Virus record (IMG/VR): IMGVR_UViG_3300044712_000792
Span: 1-64,000 of that record
From: a virus
Length of the DNA stretch: 64,000 nt
Strand: one strand, 5' to 3'
This document shows positions 1 to 10,220 of the stretch, one piece after another. The position numbers and the translations under genes are program-made. Numbering within the stretch: the stretch's first letter is position 1; the number at the start of each line of letters is the position of its first letter. The notes under the pieces are model-generated. The model saw nothing but the letters and a program-made list of their open reading frames with translations, did no database searches and was not told the DNA's origin.

Positions 1-1350
1 AAATCTTTAAGTCAAAGGGAATCGGTAGAGAAAAGAAAGCTAGAACTATCTTCTAAACTTACAGAAAACGAAGAAAAATTAAAAACATTAGATAAGGCAT
101 TTGCTAAATATGAAAAGAATCTAGACAAGCTGAAGAAAGAATTAGAGAAGAACCAAACTGCTTATGATGAAAAACAGCAAGCATTAGAACACCTTAAGGG
201 TCTAGCATTAGCTTATGATATGCAAGACAAAGAGTTCAAGAAGTATGAAGATTTGGCTTTCAAATGTCCTCATTGTAATAAGGATATTTTTGGTACTCAC
301 ATCATAAGAAGTTTAAGGAGTGTGTCAACACAAGAATTCACCATAGATGAACTTAAAAAGAATATAGCACAAGCCGAAGATGAAAAGGCAGTAGCATATT
401 CAAAATTAACAAATACAGGGCAAGATTTTACTAGAGAAAATCAAAGCGGAACAGCTATTGCACTTGAAACAAGAGAAGGTAGAAAGCAAATAACTGAAAT
501 AATTTCAGAACAAAAAAATAATGAAGAGTTGTTGAAAAGCTTTTCTGTAAAACCTGATTATGACGAAGCTTCTTTGCTTGTTTTAGAACAAAAAGAAAAA
601 GAAAAACTCACAAAACTGATAGAACAAAAAGAGAAGGAACAGAAGCTACTTGATAAAATTAAGAGTGAGTTGTGGGGGTATAAGACAACTCTAAACACCA
701 TTACTATTGAAGGCAAGGAGTTGTCAAAATCAATAGAAGAAATAGATGGGAAGATAAAGCAGATACCTAATGTTGACAAATTTATAGAGGAACTTGAAAA
801 CAAAAAGAAGAAGAACATTGAGCTGAAGGAAAAACTAGAAGTTGTTAAAGGTAATTACTACGCCTATACTATCATCAAGCAGGGTGTTCAGCCTAGTTCT
901 CAAGCAAGAGTAAATGCCATAGCTAGGTTGCTACCACATATAAGTGAAGGTATTTCAAAGCTAATGTCCAACCTTCTGCAAGAGAACATAGATATTAAGT
1001 TTGATTTTTCAGACAAGAAGCTAGACATTATCTGCAACACTTACAACTTGAGAACTTTAAGCACGGGTCAGAGAAGATGTTTTGATATAGCTATTGCGAC
1101 CACTATACAAGAGATAGCACAGAAAACCTCAAAGAATAATATTGGTTTCTTTATTGCTGATGAATTGTTTGATGGACTTGACCAAAACAGAATTTACCTT
1201 GTTATGTCGTTGTTACAAAACCTTAAGATTCCAGAAATGTTTATCATATCTCACAGACAAGAAGCACAGGAACTATTAAAAACATTGCCAAATATATCAA
1301 ACATAATTGTAAAGCGTAATGGTAACACTTCTATTGCGGAGGTAAATTAA
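1..1350 (+). CDS. sbcC: SbcC/Rad50-like recombination ATPase (T4 gp46-like), C-terminal part; begins before the window
   Basis: Frame open from base 1; coiled coils around a CPHC zinc hook; ABC signature LSTGQ, Walker B/D-loop FIADELFDGLD, H-loop IISH. Confidence 0.9.
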   Translation, partial: KSLSQRESVEKRKLELSSKLTENEEKLKTLDKAFAKYEKNLDKLKKELEKNQTAYDEKQQALEHLKGLALAYDMQDKEFKKYEDLAFKCPHCNKDIFGTHIIRSLRSVSTQEFTIDELKKNIAQAEDEKAVAYSKLTNTGQDFTRENQSGTAIALETREGRKQITEIISEQKNNEELLKSFSVKPDYDEASLLVLEQKEKEKLTKLIEQKEKEQKLLDKIKSELWGYKTTLNTITIEGKELSKSIEEIDGKIKQIPNVDKFIEELENKKKKNIELKEKLEVVKGNYYAYTIIKQGVQPSSQARVNAIARLLPHISEGISKLMSNLLQENIDIKFDFSDKKLDIICNTYNLRTLSTGQRRCFDIAIATTIQEIAQKTSKNNIGFFIADELFDGLDQNRIYLVMSLLQNLKIPEMFIISHRQEAQELLKTLPNISNIIVKRNGNTSIAEVN

Positions 1351-1351
1351 A

Positions 1352-1606
1352 ATGGGTATTTTTGAAGGTTGCAAAACAATTAGAAGATATGTAGAAACTG
1401 ATGCTGGTGTTTATGGAACTTCTACTCTGTGTGGAGGAGGGTTTAAAGGAACTAATTGTGTTTCTTCATGTCATTCTTATTACGATTGGTATGAACCGCC
1501 AGAACCAATTATCTGTAAATATGTATGTGCGTATTGTGGTAATGTTAGAAAAGACGAAGACTGTTCGTGTAAAGGCTGTGGTGCTCATGAAATTAAAAAA
1601 ACCTAA
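1352..1606 (+). CDS. Small Cys-rich hypothetical protein (zinc-ribbon-like)
   Basis: GGAGG SD; CAYC and CKGC pairs. Confidence 0.6.
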   Translation: MGIFEGCKTIRRYVETDAGVYGTSTLCGGGFKGTNCVSSCHSYYDWYEPPEPIICKYVCAYCGNVRKDEDCSCKGCGAHEIKKT

Positions 1607-1736
1607 CAGAATTTCATCAAGAAAGCCGAGAAAAGGGCAATATTTCTGTTGGGGTTGTGATAGGGCTTTGGTAAGTGCTGGTAGTAAATGTCCGGTTTGT
1701 GGGAAAAAACAACTTCCTAGAAGGAGCAAAAAATGA
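1587..1736 (+). CDS. Small basic zinc-ribbon protein
   Basis: CWGC...CPVC; overlaps neighbouring genes; internal ATG chosen. Confidence 0.5.
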   Translation: MKLKKPNRISSRKPRKGQYFCWGCDRALVSAGSKCPVCGKKQLPRRSKK

Positions 1737-2254
1737 GTGAAGCAGAAATGAAGCAATACGAGGTTAAGTTCAATGTTATTTATTCTTATGATGGTGAGGC
1801 AAGGAAAAATGAAAGTTGTGAGGCCCGTATAGAGTTAATACTTCCGCTTGATTTTCCTTGTGTAGTGTATTATGTAGATTTAAATAAATGTATTCCTAAA
1901 ACATTTCGTCAAAGGCTTTTTAATGCAGAGTGGGAGAATCCTAATTTTCATAATAGGTCAACTTATGGTAGCGATGGTAGTTTTGTTAAAATGCAGTATG
2001 ATTGTAACCTAGTAAGAAAAAACTGGGAAAAGCTGGAGGAGGCCGTGGAAACCGTTATTGCAAATCTAATCAAGAGCATTTCATCATACTTCACTACAAC
2101 AAATGAACTAGCTACAAGTATTCCTAAAAACAAATACAATGTGGTAGTGTTCAGTTCAAATGGTGAATATAAAATGACTGACCCTAAAGTTAAGCTGGAA
2201 TATGTTATTGGAACGGACTTCCGAAAACAAAATGATACAAAGGATAAGGAGTAG
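1733..2254 (+). CDS. Hypothetical protein
   Basis: AGGAG SD, ATGA overlap with previous ORF. Confidence 0.6.
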   Translation: MSEAEMKQYEVKFNVIYSYDGEARKNESCEARIELILPLDFPCVVYYVDLNKCIPKTFRQRLFNAEWENPNFHNRSTYGSDGSFVKMQYDCNLVRKNWEKLEEAVETVIANLIKSISSYFTTTNELATSIPKNKYNVVVFSSNGEYKMTDPKVKLEYVIGTDFRKQNDTKDKE

Positions 2255-2257
2255 GAA

Positions 2258-2542
2258 ATGACCGTTACCACAAAAGAAATAACAGAAATACCTGGATTCA
2301 AGAAAGCAAAGAAACCGATAGTTATATCTATTGAAGAGGATGGGAAGTATTTTACTGTTATTTCTAAAGAACTAGGGGAACTTGCTTATGGACTAACTCT
2401 TGATGAGGCGATGAATAGTTTTTACGATTCGGTATCTGTGTCTTATGAGGCGTATGCAATATGTCCAATAGAAGAATTGCATGAAACTGCCTATAAAGTA
2501 AGGGAAATTTATCTTGAATATTTTGGAGGACAAGATGATTAA
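2258..2542 (+). CDS. HicB/UPF0150-like protein
   Basis: IEEDGKYFTVISKELGELAYGLTLDEAMNSF fits the HicB N-terminal G-x-T-L-[DE]-E-A pattern. Confidence 0.55.
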   Translation: MTVTTKEITEIPGFKKAKKPIVISIEEDGKYFTVISKELGELAYGLTLDEAMNSFYDSVSVSYEAYAICPIEELHETAYKVREIYLEYFGGQDD

Positions 2543-2951
2543 TCCAGATTTGAGTATTACTGTTAGACATACAATTATCACAGTTGGAGGGTGGTTTAGG
2601 TTTAAAGTTGGTGCTACAATGTGGGTTAGAATAAAACAACCAACAACGATTACAAACATTCTATGTAAGGAGACTGGTATGAGATGCTTCGGTTCAACTT
2701 TTAGATTTAACGAAGAAAAGAAACAATATGAACCCGATAAAAATTCTTATACTTGTTATTGTGATATAGAAGCATTATCATGGAAATCTCTCACAGAAAA
2801 GCTAAAGAATAAAGAAAAACAAATTATTGAGAAATTTACTTCTCTGAAAAATGGGGAAAATGAACTTTTAAGAACTAACCCAAGAGACTATACTGTTGAT
2901 GTTGTTCTAGATGGCAAGACACCAATAAGAGAAATGAAGGAAGAGGAATGA
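2535..2951 (+). CDS. Hypothetical protein (possible distant paralog of 1733..2254)
   Basis: GGAGG SD before ATG 2535; similar C-terminal W...NEL...P...V layout. Confidence 0.55.
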   Translation: MINPDLSITVRHTIITVGGWFRFKVGATMWVRIKQPTTITNILCKETGMRCFGSTFRFNEEKKQYEPDKNSYTCYCDIEALSWKSLTEKLKNKEKQIIEKFTSLKNGENELLRTNPRDYTVDVVLDGKTPIREMKEEE

Positions 2952-3193
2952 AATCCACATACTTTATGACAAATATAAAAAATTGTGATGGCATTTATCA
3001 GATAATTTCTAAAAAGCATCCTGATATATGTGTCGGTAATGATATAGTTAATATCTCTTTTGTTTCCAATGAATTAACAACAGAACAATGGGACTTTACA
3101 AAAAAACCAGAAGTTATTTGTTTTAAGTATATATACGACAAGGTACAGAAAGAATACATTAAAGAACAAACAGGAGTAAAATATGCAGAATAA
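2948..3193 (+). CDS. Hypothetical protein
   Basis: Overlap-coupled ORF with SD. Confidence 0.5.
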   Translation: MKSTYFMTNIKNCDGIYQIISKKHPDICVGNDIVNISFVSNELTTEQWDFTKKPEVICFKYIYDKVQKEYIKEQTGVKYAE

Positions 3194-3698
3194 AACAAAG
3201 TTTATGGGTATTCAAAATCTCAATTTAGGTGAAGAAAAAGACGAATTAGCACCTTCTCAACTTATGGTAAATACTTCTCAAGCACCGATTTCTAGTAGCA
3301 AATACATAGTAGAATCGCTTATTAAAAAGGCAGACAGCATTATCAACTATGTAAATACTTGTTCTGGGTCAAAATCTAAACTTACTAAAGCTGTTGAAGT
3401 ATTACACGGGTTGGTTCAAGAAGCTGATTCATTTTCTGTCATATCACATTTGAGAATTCTTTTAGCCACAAATGAATTTGATTTGTTTGAACAAGCAACC
3501 TGTCATCCAATAGTAGCACCAATCATAACTTACCTTGCATTAAAGATTGAAAATGTTCCCTTCTATCTAGATTGGAACATTATGGTTATGAGGCAAAAAA
3601 GGTTGTTTATGAAACCTAAATATGGATATAATATTAATTGGGTCTATACACAGGAAAATCCTTATACCGATTCAACACCTGAACAGTCTATTGAATAG
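3183..3698 (+). CDS. Hypothetical protein upstream of helicase
   Basis: AGGAG SD; 171 aa. Confidence 0.6.
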   Translation: MQNKTKFMGIQNLNLGEEKDELAPSQLMVNTSQAPISSSKYIVESLIKKADSIINYVNTCSGSKSKLTKAVEVLHGLVQEADSFSVISHLRILLATNEFDLFEQATCHPIVAPIITYLALKIENVPFYLDWNIMVMRQKRLFMKPKYGYNINWVYTQENPYTDSTPEQSIE

Positions 3699-3767
3699 AG
3701 GTTTGATATGTGTCTGAATAACACTATTTTTTTGTATGTTTGTTTTGTCTTGTGTAGGAGGTAGATT

Positions 3768-5078
3768 ATGGAATTCAAATACACAAGGCAATTTCAAGAA
3801 AAAATCATTTCGGTAGCCCTAGCCAGTGAGGATAACTTAAGAAATCTAGTGGCAATAATTGAACCAAAATATTTTACTGTGCCAATATGCCAGACCGCTT
3901 GGTATCTCATAAAGAAGATATTCCAAGAAAAATACATCAAAGTATCGTATGAAAGCCTTTCTGGATTTGTAGCAAAGACTGGTAAATTTTCAGATGAAGA
4001 AGTATCAGCATTTTACGGCATAATAAAAAACACAAACAATTCAGACGAACAGCTAGTTATTGATGAAATATATGATTTCTGTAAGCAGGCAAATTTCTTA
4101 TTGACAATAAACAATTACATAGATACCATAAGTGCTGGTAAATGTGATTGGCAAGATTTGTATGGAAAACTTAATGATGTATTTTCAAAAGATTATGATA
4201 AAAGCTATGTTGGTATTGACTATTTTGAAGACATAGCAAAGCATAAAAGAATGGCAAAGAATATGGGTAGAGAAGGTGTTGTTCCTACCACTTTCCCTGT
4301 TGACGGTCCTCTGAATGGTGGTCTTGGTAAAAAGGAAGTTGGAATAATCGTAGCTCCAACAGGTAGAGGTAAAAGCACTATGTTGCTTAACTTCGCTTTG
4401 GGTTGCATACAAAATAAAAAGAATGTTCTATTCATTTCTTGCGAACTATCCGAAAATTTCCTTATGTATCAGTTAGATAAGTGCTTTATGTATACCTTTA
4501 ACAATATGGTAAGTTTTGTTGAAGAAGACCTTATGAAAAAGTTGCAAGAAGTAAAAGAAGCTACAAAAGCTAAAATGATTATCAGAGAGTATTTGCCAGG
4601 AGAATTAACAGCAGCGGAAATTTACAATATCTATAAAGACTTGACTGGTAGGGGTTATCATTTTGATGTAATAATCATAGACTACATTGGAGAAATGAAA
4701 CTGCCTAGAGCTGATAGGGAAGACTTGTCATATAAGAAAATGACAACACAGTTAAAGAAATTGGCAAGTCAAATAAATCTTCCTATATGGACAGCACATC
4801 AGACTGGCAGAGCTTCACACGAAAAGGCGATATTGACCCATAAGGATATTTCAGATGCGTTTTCAATTTTAAGAGTTGTAGATGTGGGAATAACTATGGG
4901 TGCTACTGAAGACGAATGGGCAAATGGTATTTGTAGAATGTCATTGATTAAGAATAGGTTTGGTCCTTCACAGCAGACCTTTAATTTGAAGTTTTTGGGT
5001 GAGGTTGCTAAATTTATCCCAACCGATTCCGCTAACATAAGAGAAGATAAAGATAGCAAAATAATGGATTCACTCTAA
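3768..5078 (+). CDS. dnaB: Replicative SF4 DNA helicase (DnaB/T4 gp41-like)
   Basis: Walker A APTGRGKS, FISCE, IIIDY, HQTGR, KNRFG. Confidence 0.93.
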   Translation: MEFKYTRQFQEKIISVALASEDNLRNLVAIIEPKYFTVPICQTAWYLIKKIFQEKYIKVSYESLSGFVAKTGKFSDEEVSAFYGIIKNTNNSDEQLVIDEIYDFCKQANFLLTINNYIDTISAGKCDWQDLYGKLNDVFSKDYDKSYVGIDYFEDIAKHKRMAKNMGREGVVPTTFPVDGPLNGGLGKKEVGIIVAPTGRGKSTMLLNFALGCIQNKKNVLFISCELSENFLMYQLDKCFMYTFNNMVSFVEEDLMKKLQEVKEATKAKMIIREYLPGELTAAEIYNIYKDLTGRGYHFDVIIIDYIGEMKLPRADREDLSYKKMTTQLKKLASQINLPIWTAHQTGRASHEKAILTHKDISDAFSILRVVDVGITMGATEDEWANGICRMSLIKNRFGPSQQTFNLKFLGEVAKFIPTDSANIREDKDSKIMDSL

Positions 5079-5090
5079 TTAGGAGGGTAA

Positions 5091-5978
5091 ATGTCTACAC
5101 ATATCTTTTTCCACACGGATGATGATGGAAGGTCAAGTGCGGCCATATTAGATTTGTATTTAGCCGAAGAACCAGTCTTTCATCCAATAAACTATAACCA
5201 CGAATTCCCTTTTGAGGAAATAAAAAAGAAGGATAAGGTGTTTATAGTTGACTTTTCCTTACAGAAAGATGGTGATTGGGAAAAGTTAATGAAAATCACT
5301 AAAAATATAGTGTGGATAGACCATCATCAGTCCGCTATTGAGAAAACAGAAGGCACACCAGTTGAAGAACTAGAAGGTATCAGAGAAGTTGGAAGGTCTG
5401 GTTGTGAACTTACTTGGGAATATTGCTTTAAGGAAGATGTTTTACCCGAAATAATACACAGAGTTGGAAGATTTGATGTGTGGGATATGGAAGCATACGG
5501 AGAAGAGGAAACAGAGGCATTTATGTGCGGATTAATGCTATATGATACCGACCCCACATCAGAGAATTGGGAAAAATGGATAGAACAGCCAGAACTTATT
5601 GACGAAATCATAGATAAAGGCTACATAGCTAAAGCCTATAGGGATAAATTCAATTCAGATTACCTAGAATCCTTTGGTTTTGAGGCCACACTAGACGGAT
5701 ATAGTGCCTATTGTTGTAATACTGCTAGAACAGGTAGCTTGGTGTTCAATTCAATCAATAAAAAGGACTATGACATATTAGTTATTTTTGTTTGGGACGG
5801 TGAAAAATGGAATTTTAGTGTATTTTCTGTTAAAGATAAAATAGATTGTTCTAAAATATGTGAAAAATATGGTGGAGGTGGTCATAAGGGTGCTGCGGGG
5901 TTTAAGATAGATAGTCTTGAGAAGTTACCCTTTAAGAAGGTTGAAAGAGAAGATAAGTTTGAAGCATTGGAAGATTAA
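5091..5978 (+). CDS. DHH/DHHA1 phosphoesterase
   Basis: HTDDDG, IVDFS, WIDHH, GGGGHKGAAG. Confidence 0.92.
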   Translation: MSTHIFFHTDDDGRSSAAILDLYLAEEPVFHPINYNHEFPFEEIKKKDKVFIVDFSLQKDGDWEKLMKITKNIVWIDHHQSAIEKTEGTPVEELEGIREVGRSGCELTWEYCFKEDVLPEIIHRVGRFDVWDMEAYGEEETEAFMCGLMLYDTDPTSENWEKWIEQPELIDEIIDKGYIAKAYRDKFNSDYLESFGFEATLDGYSAYCCNTARTGSLVFNSINKKDYDILVIFVWDGEKWNFSVFSVKDKIDCSKICEKYGGGGHKGAAGFKIDSLEKLPFKKVEREDKFEALED

Positions 5979-5981
5979 ATT

Positions 5982-6006
5982 TTATTATGTATTTGTTTTA
6001 TACTAT
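5982..6006 (+). promoter_or_regulatory. Recurrent phage promoter-like motif (copy)
   Basis: TTATTATGTATTTGTTTTATACTAT, intergenic, just before GGAGG. Confidence 0.7.
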
Positions 6007-6121
6007 GAATGGAGGTGAATCCGTATAATTATGGCAAAAAGTAAAACCAAACGTAAGCAGAAAAAATTGAGAAGAGAAAAAAACAAGTTGTCCAAATCAG
6101 AAAACATTAAGGAGAAAGCTA

Positions 6122-6457
6122 ATGGTAAACGAAACCAATATTCAGGATTTTCCGAACAAGAACAACACTAACCCCCAGCCCCAAGCACCCTCTGCCGACC
6201 AGCAACTTCAAGCACTTCTGAAGATGAGAGAAATGTACTTGGTTATGCAACAGAATGTAACTATGTTTGCTGATGATGAGGTTTTTAAGGATTTGGAAAT
6301 CATAGCAGTTCCTACTGAAATGATGAACCCTACCACAAACGAACCCATTATGAAGACCTACAAGCCTGGTGATGCCCTTGTATACATTAAGGAAAAGATT
6401 GAAGATAATGCCAAGGCTATAAGAGTTGCAAAGAGTGGAATTATCATAGCAAAGTAG
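6122..6457 (+). CDS. Hypothetical protein
   Basis: AAGGAG SD; 111 aa. Confidence 0.65.
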   Translation: MVNETNIQDFPNKNNTNPQPQAPSADQQLQALLKMREMYLVMQQNVTMFADDEVFKDLEIIAVPTEMMNPTTNEPIMKTYKPGDALVYIKEKIEDNAKAIRVAKSGIIIAK

Positions 6458-6470
6458 AAGGAGTATTGTA

Positions 6471-6662
6471 ATGTTTAGAGAAAAAAATACTGAAAGAATT
6501 AAAGGTATGGTTGTTGTTGAATGCACTAGCTGTAAGGCTTTCAATAAAAAGGCCAAGAAGCTCATTAAAAAAGGTTATTCACCAGATAGAGATGGACTTG
6601 CTGTTTACCCTGATGGACAAGGATATACCATATATAGGCAAGTCTTCATAAAGGTTGTTTAA
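6471..6662 (+). CDS. Hypothetical protein
   Basis: AAGGAG SD. Confidence 0.55.
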   Translation: MFREKNTERIKGMVVVECTSCKAFNKKAKKLIKKGYSPDRDGLAVYPDGQGYTIYRQVFIKVV

Positions 6663-6686
6663 CACTATTGAAAACAGGAGATTGAA

Positions 6687-6920
6687 ATGAAGATTATTGA
6701 AATTACACACACGGAAAGCGTAAAGCCTGTTCTAAACTTCAATTCATACAACATAGAGGTTTCAATGAAAGCATCAATAGACGGTGACGAAGACATTGAC
6801 GAAGCCAAGAAAAGACTTATAAATGAAGCTAGAACCTATATTGATGCTGTCGTAGAACAGGCTCTTCCAGTATTTACTCAAATGTGTTCTGAAGTAGAAA
6901 AATCAAAGAAGAAGTTCTAA
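6687..6920 (+). CDS. Hypothetical protein
   Basis: AGGAGATTGAAATG start cassette. Confidence 0.6.
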   Translation: MKIIEITHTESVKPVLNFNSYNIEVSMKASIDGDEDIDEAKKRLINEARTYIDAVVEQALPVFTQMCSEVEKSKKKF

Positions 6921-7549
6921 TGTCTAACCATTACTATTTTTGGACAGAAGATAGATATATTGAGGTTGATGGGTCTAAACTATCACTTTTCAATATAGAA
7001 TGTCTTGTTATAAAGAACCCTAATCCACAAGCTATGGACTATGAAAAATGGCTTTGTATAGAGTTATTTACAGGGCTTGTTGTATCTAGGGGTGACACAA
7101 GAGAACGAGCTATGAAAAATGCAATGTATTTAACACATAGATATGGTGAACTGTACGCATTAGAACATATCTTAAGTGGTATTGCGGAGTTTGGCGGTTC
7201 TCCGTATATAGAGAAACATCAAAAAGATTTGTTTCTCTTAAAGAAAAGGCTAGAAGAATTAAAACCTAAAGAAAAGGTTGAAGAAAAACAAAAACCGATT
7301 AAACCCACAATAGACAAAGAACCTATTACTCTTACGGCAACATGGACTTTAACAAAAGAAGATGTCAAGCCAAAAAGAGGAAGACCATCAAAGCAAGTCG
7401 TAGCTAACAGAAATGCTATTGAAAATCTTATAGCAGAAGAAATAATAAAAGACTTGCCAAAGGTTATAGAACAAAGAAATCTTTTTGAAGAACCTAAAAA
7501 AAGAGGAAGGAAGAAGAAAGATGGGATGGTCACTACAAGTAAAGATTAA
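6920..7549 (+). CDS. Hypothetical protein with AT-hook-like motifs
   Basis: PKRGRPSK and PKKRGRKKK in C-terminal half. Confidence 0.55.
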   Translation: MSNHYYFWTEDRYIEVDGSKLSLFNIECLVIKNPNPQAMDYEKWLCIELFTGLVVSRGDTRERAMKNAMYLTHRYGELYALEHILSGIAEFGGSPYIEKHQKDLFLLKKRLEELKPKEKVEEKQKPIKPTIDKEPITLTATWTLTKEDVKPKRGRPSKQVVANRNAIENLIAEEIIKDLPKVIEQRNLFEEPKKRGRKKKDGMVTTSKD

Positions 7550-7976
7550 AACTTTGCCCCATTGTGTTAGCGTACCTAAATACGCAACAGAACATTCATC
7601 TGGTCTTGATTTATATGCTGCTTTAGATAAAGTTGGGTATAGATTAGAGCCCGGCGCTTGGAAGTTAATATCAACAGGTGTTTGTGTAGAAATTCCAGAA
7701 GGCTATGAAGCACAAATTCGTTCTAGGTCTGGATTAGCAGGAAAAAATGGAGTATTTGTTTTAAACTCTCCTGGTACTGTGGATAGCGATTACAGAGGGG
7801 AAATTTGTGTTATTCTTATGAACATTAGTGATAAAGCTTTTATGATAAGAAATGGTGATAGGATAGCACAAATGGTTTTTTCTCCTGTAGTAAAAGCACA
7901 CTTGGAAGTTGTTGATGAATTGAGTGAAACTAAAAGAGGCGAAGGAGGATTTGGGAGCACGGGGGTTTCAAAATGA
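7521..7976 (+). CDS. dut: Trimeric dUTPase
   Basis: SGLDL, RSRSGLA, GTVDSDYRGE, RIAQMV, RGEGGFGSTG. Confidence 0.97.
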   Translation: MGWSLQVKIKTLPHCVSVPKYATEHSSGLDLYAALDKVGYRLEPGAWKLISTGVCVEIPEGYEAQIRSRSGLAGKNGVFVLNSPGTVDSDYRGEICVILMNISDKAFMIRNGDRIAQMVFSPVVKAHLEVVDELSETKRGEGGFGSTGVSK

Positions 7977-8332
7977 TAAAGCTAAAAAAGAATAAGAGAA
8001 AATCCTGGAAATACGAATCAAAGTATCCGTCTGTTAGAAAGCGTATTAAACGTCAGACACAGAAGGCTGAAAGAACTATGGCAAAGCAAAAGATAAAAGA
8101 AGAAACAGACCCAACAGATAGTAATTCAGACTGGTTTATGGAATTCATTGAGGGTGCATCAAAACTACCCATAGTGGTAGAATGTGAACAGTATAAAAAG
8201 TTGGATATTTTTGAAGAACATTGCTTACACAATTGTTGTCCTAGATGCAATGGGTTAGGTGTTAGGGAAGATGGAAGTCCTTGTATACATTTTTTGAGTT
8301 GCAATTGTCCTAAATGTTCGCCAAGATGTTGA
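7973..8332 (+). CDS. Hypothetical basic/Cys-rich protein
   Basis: ATGA overlap with dut; CPRCNG, CNCPKC. Confidence 0.55.
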   Translation: MIKLKKNKRKSWKYESKYPSVRKRIKRQTQKAERTMAKQKIKEETDPTDSNSDWFMEFIEGASKLPIVVECEQYKKLDIFEEHCLHNCCPRCNGLGVREDGSPCIHFLSCNCPKCSPRC

Positions 8333-8603
8333 TAGTTATTTGTTTTAATTGATAGGGGTTGAAATGAACGCTTTTTATATTGTTATGGACAAAATAGGTA
8401 ATTGGAGATTTGAAATAGCATCTCATAAACTTATCCAACAAGAGTTTTATATTACGAAAGAAGGTACAGAACTTGTTTTGCATGCAAATGTTTGGGCTAA
8501 AGACAAAGAAGAAGCTATTCAAATAGCTGATGACCATAGGTATTGGCTTATTAATTGTAATGGTTGGGAAGAAGGAGATTCTTGTTTATATTAGGAGATT
8601 GAA

Positions 8604-8840
8604 ATGGAAGATGAAAAAGTTTATTGTTCTAACTGTAAACATTATGAAAGTATAGAAACTATTGTTGGCCCTATGAATGTTTGTGGTATTGGTAAGTATG
8701 TAGACACACCAGAAGGTCGTGAGTTTGAATGTTCTGACAATAGAGTGAAAAACAAATATAACGATTGCAAGGATTTTGTATTTGATAGAAGTTTTTTGGG
8801 TAGCCTTAAAAGATTTGTTGGAAGAATATTAGGAGACTGA
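8604..8840 (+). CDS. Hypothetical Cys-containing protein
   Basis: AGGAGATTGAAATG start; CSNC. Confidence 0.55.
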   Translation: MEDEKVYCSNCKHYESIETIVGPMNVCGIGKYVDTPEGREFECSDNRVKNKYNDCKDFVFDRSFLGSLKRFVGRILGD

Positions 8841-8841
8841 A

Positions 8842-9477
8842 ATGGGTAGGAAAAAGATTGAGAATTATGACAAATTGAGTCCGCCATATCTATCGTACAC
8901 ATATTTCAAAAAGTCAATTGATTATTTCAGAACCATAAAACTGAAGGAAAATGATAGGTTAATATGGGATGTGTTTGATTATTCACTTCCAATTAAACAA
9001 AGATTGTGTTTGGCTTTCAAATTTCTTAACTTTATTACACCAAATGATGATGTTACTCCTATGTTTCTGACATTTCTTTATGGTAGGGAATCTGAAAAAC
9101 AGCAAGTTATTATAGATGCTTATTACAAATTTTTCCAAGAAACAGACGATTATTATATGATGTCAAAGAATGACCTTAAAACCTTATTTAAGGCCACTTA
9201 CAGCCTCAAGGACAGCAGTATTAACATCAACCTATCCTTCTTCACGAACCTGCTAAAAGAGTATAAATTCTTTGAGAACAAAGTTGTAGTCAAACCTACG
9301 ATACAGGAAGTAAAAGAAGTAGAAAATGAGGAAGAATCATTGATGTTTTCTGTGGCACAGTTTGCTTTTATGCTTAATAAGACACAACAGCAATATTTAG
9401 AAAAGCTAAAAGATGCCTCAATTAATGCTACTTGTAAGGTCAAGAATGGTAAGTTATATGTGCTTTTGGCTAGATAA
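8842..9477 (+). CDS. DUF5343-like (winged-helix-type) protein
   Basis: PPYLSY..F, AFKFLNFI...VT, Y..FF, SFF pattern recalled for this family; no search run. Confidence 0.45.
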   Translation: MGRKKIENYDKLSPPYLSYTYFKKSIDYFRTIKLKENDRLIWDVFDYSLPIKQRLCLAFKFLNFITPNDDVTPMFLTFLYGRESEKQQVIIDAYYKFFQETDDYYMMSKNDLKTLFKATYSLKDSSININLSFFTNLLKEYKFFENKVVVKPTIQEVKEVENEEESLMFSVAQFAFMLNKTQQQYLEKLKDASINATCKVKNGKLYVLLAR

Positions 9478-9519
9478 GTTTTGCTAAAAGAATATAATCC
9501 AAAAGGTATGGAGGATGTA

Positions 9520-10050
9520 ATGGGTAATTCTGTTAAAAAGTATCTATCAGGTCAAGATGTTTGCACTCTTTTGAATAAGAGTTGTGCAGGACCTATTGGT
9601 TATTACCTAATCCCAAACAAAAAAGACAAGGTAGGAATGGTAATCCATAAGCAGTTTCCTGATGTTTCTGTTGGTGGAGGACAATTTAACGAGGCATTTG
9701 GTGATGAAGGTCAAGAGTTAGCCAAAAAGGAATATCCAGCCGAAGTTTTTAACATTTTACCGTCAATTAGATATACTTTTGTAGGAAAGGATTTGACGAT
9801 AAAATTAAACGCAGACTTACCTATTGAAGAAACTATGATAGGTAAGACTTACGAAATAGCTAAAATCCCCTATGCTAGAGGCTTCTTGTATCTAATTAAA
9901 GACTTTGACAAGGAACATCTCAATGACTTATTGTTAGGTCTAGCATTCTCTATTTACATTGAAGGACGCAGGTCACCAGAAGAAGTAGAAGAGGGGGCTG
10001 AAGATTCAAGCACCCCAGGTTATGGTTCTTCTTTTGGAAGTTCGTGGTAG
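9520..10050 (+). CDS. Hypothetical protein
   Basis: GGAGG SD before ATG 9520. Confidence 0.6.
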   Translation: MGNSVKKYLSGQDVCTLLNKSCAGPIGYYLIPNKKDKVGMVIHKQFPDVSVGGGQFNEAFGDEGQELAKKEYPAEVFNILPSIRYTFVGKDLTIKLNADLPIEETMIGKTYEIAKIPYARGFLYLIKDFDKEHLNDLLLGLAFSIYIEGRRSPEEVEEGAEDSSTPGYGSSFGSSW

Positions 10051-10220
10051 TGCGGATAGTGAACGCCTAATTTAAAAATTTAATCGGAGAATATGATGAA
10101 CATTAATCATATGTTTATTAGTTTCATTAGCATTAGAGGAGGTGATGAAAAAGCCCACGGATGCTTATGTGTAAAGGATTTCAGTAACTATAAAATGTCA
10201 AAAAAACAGGAGGTAGTACA

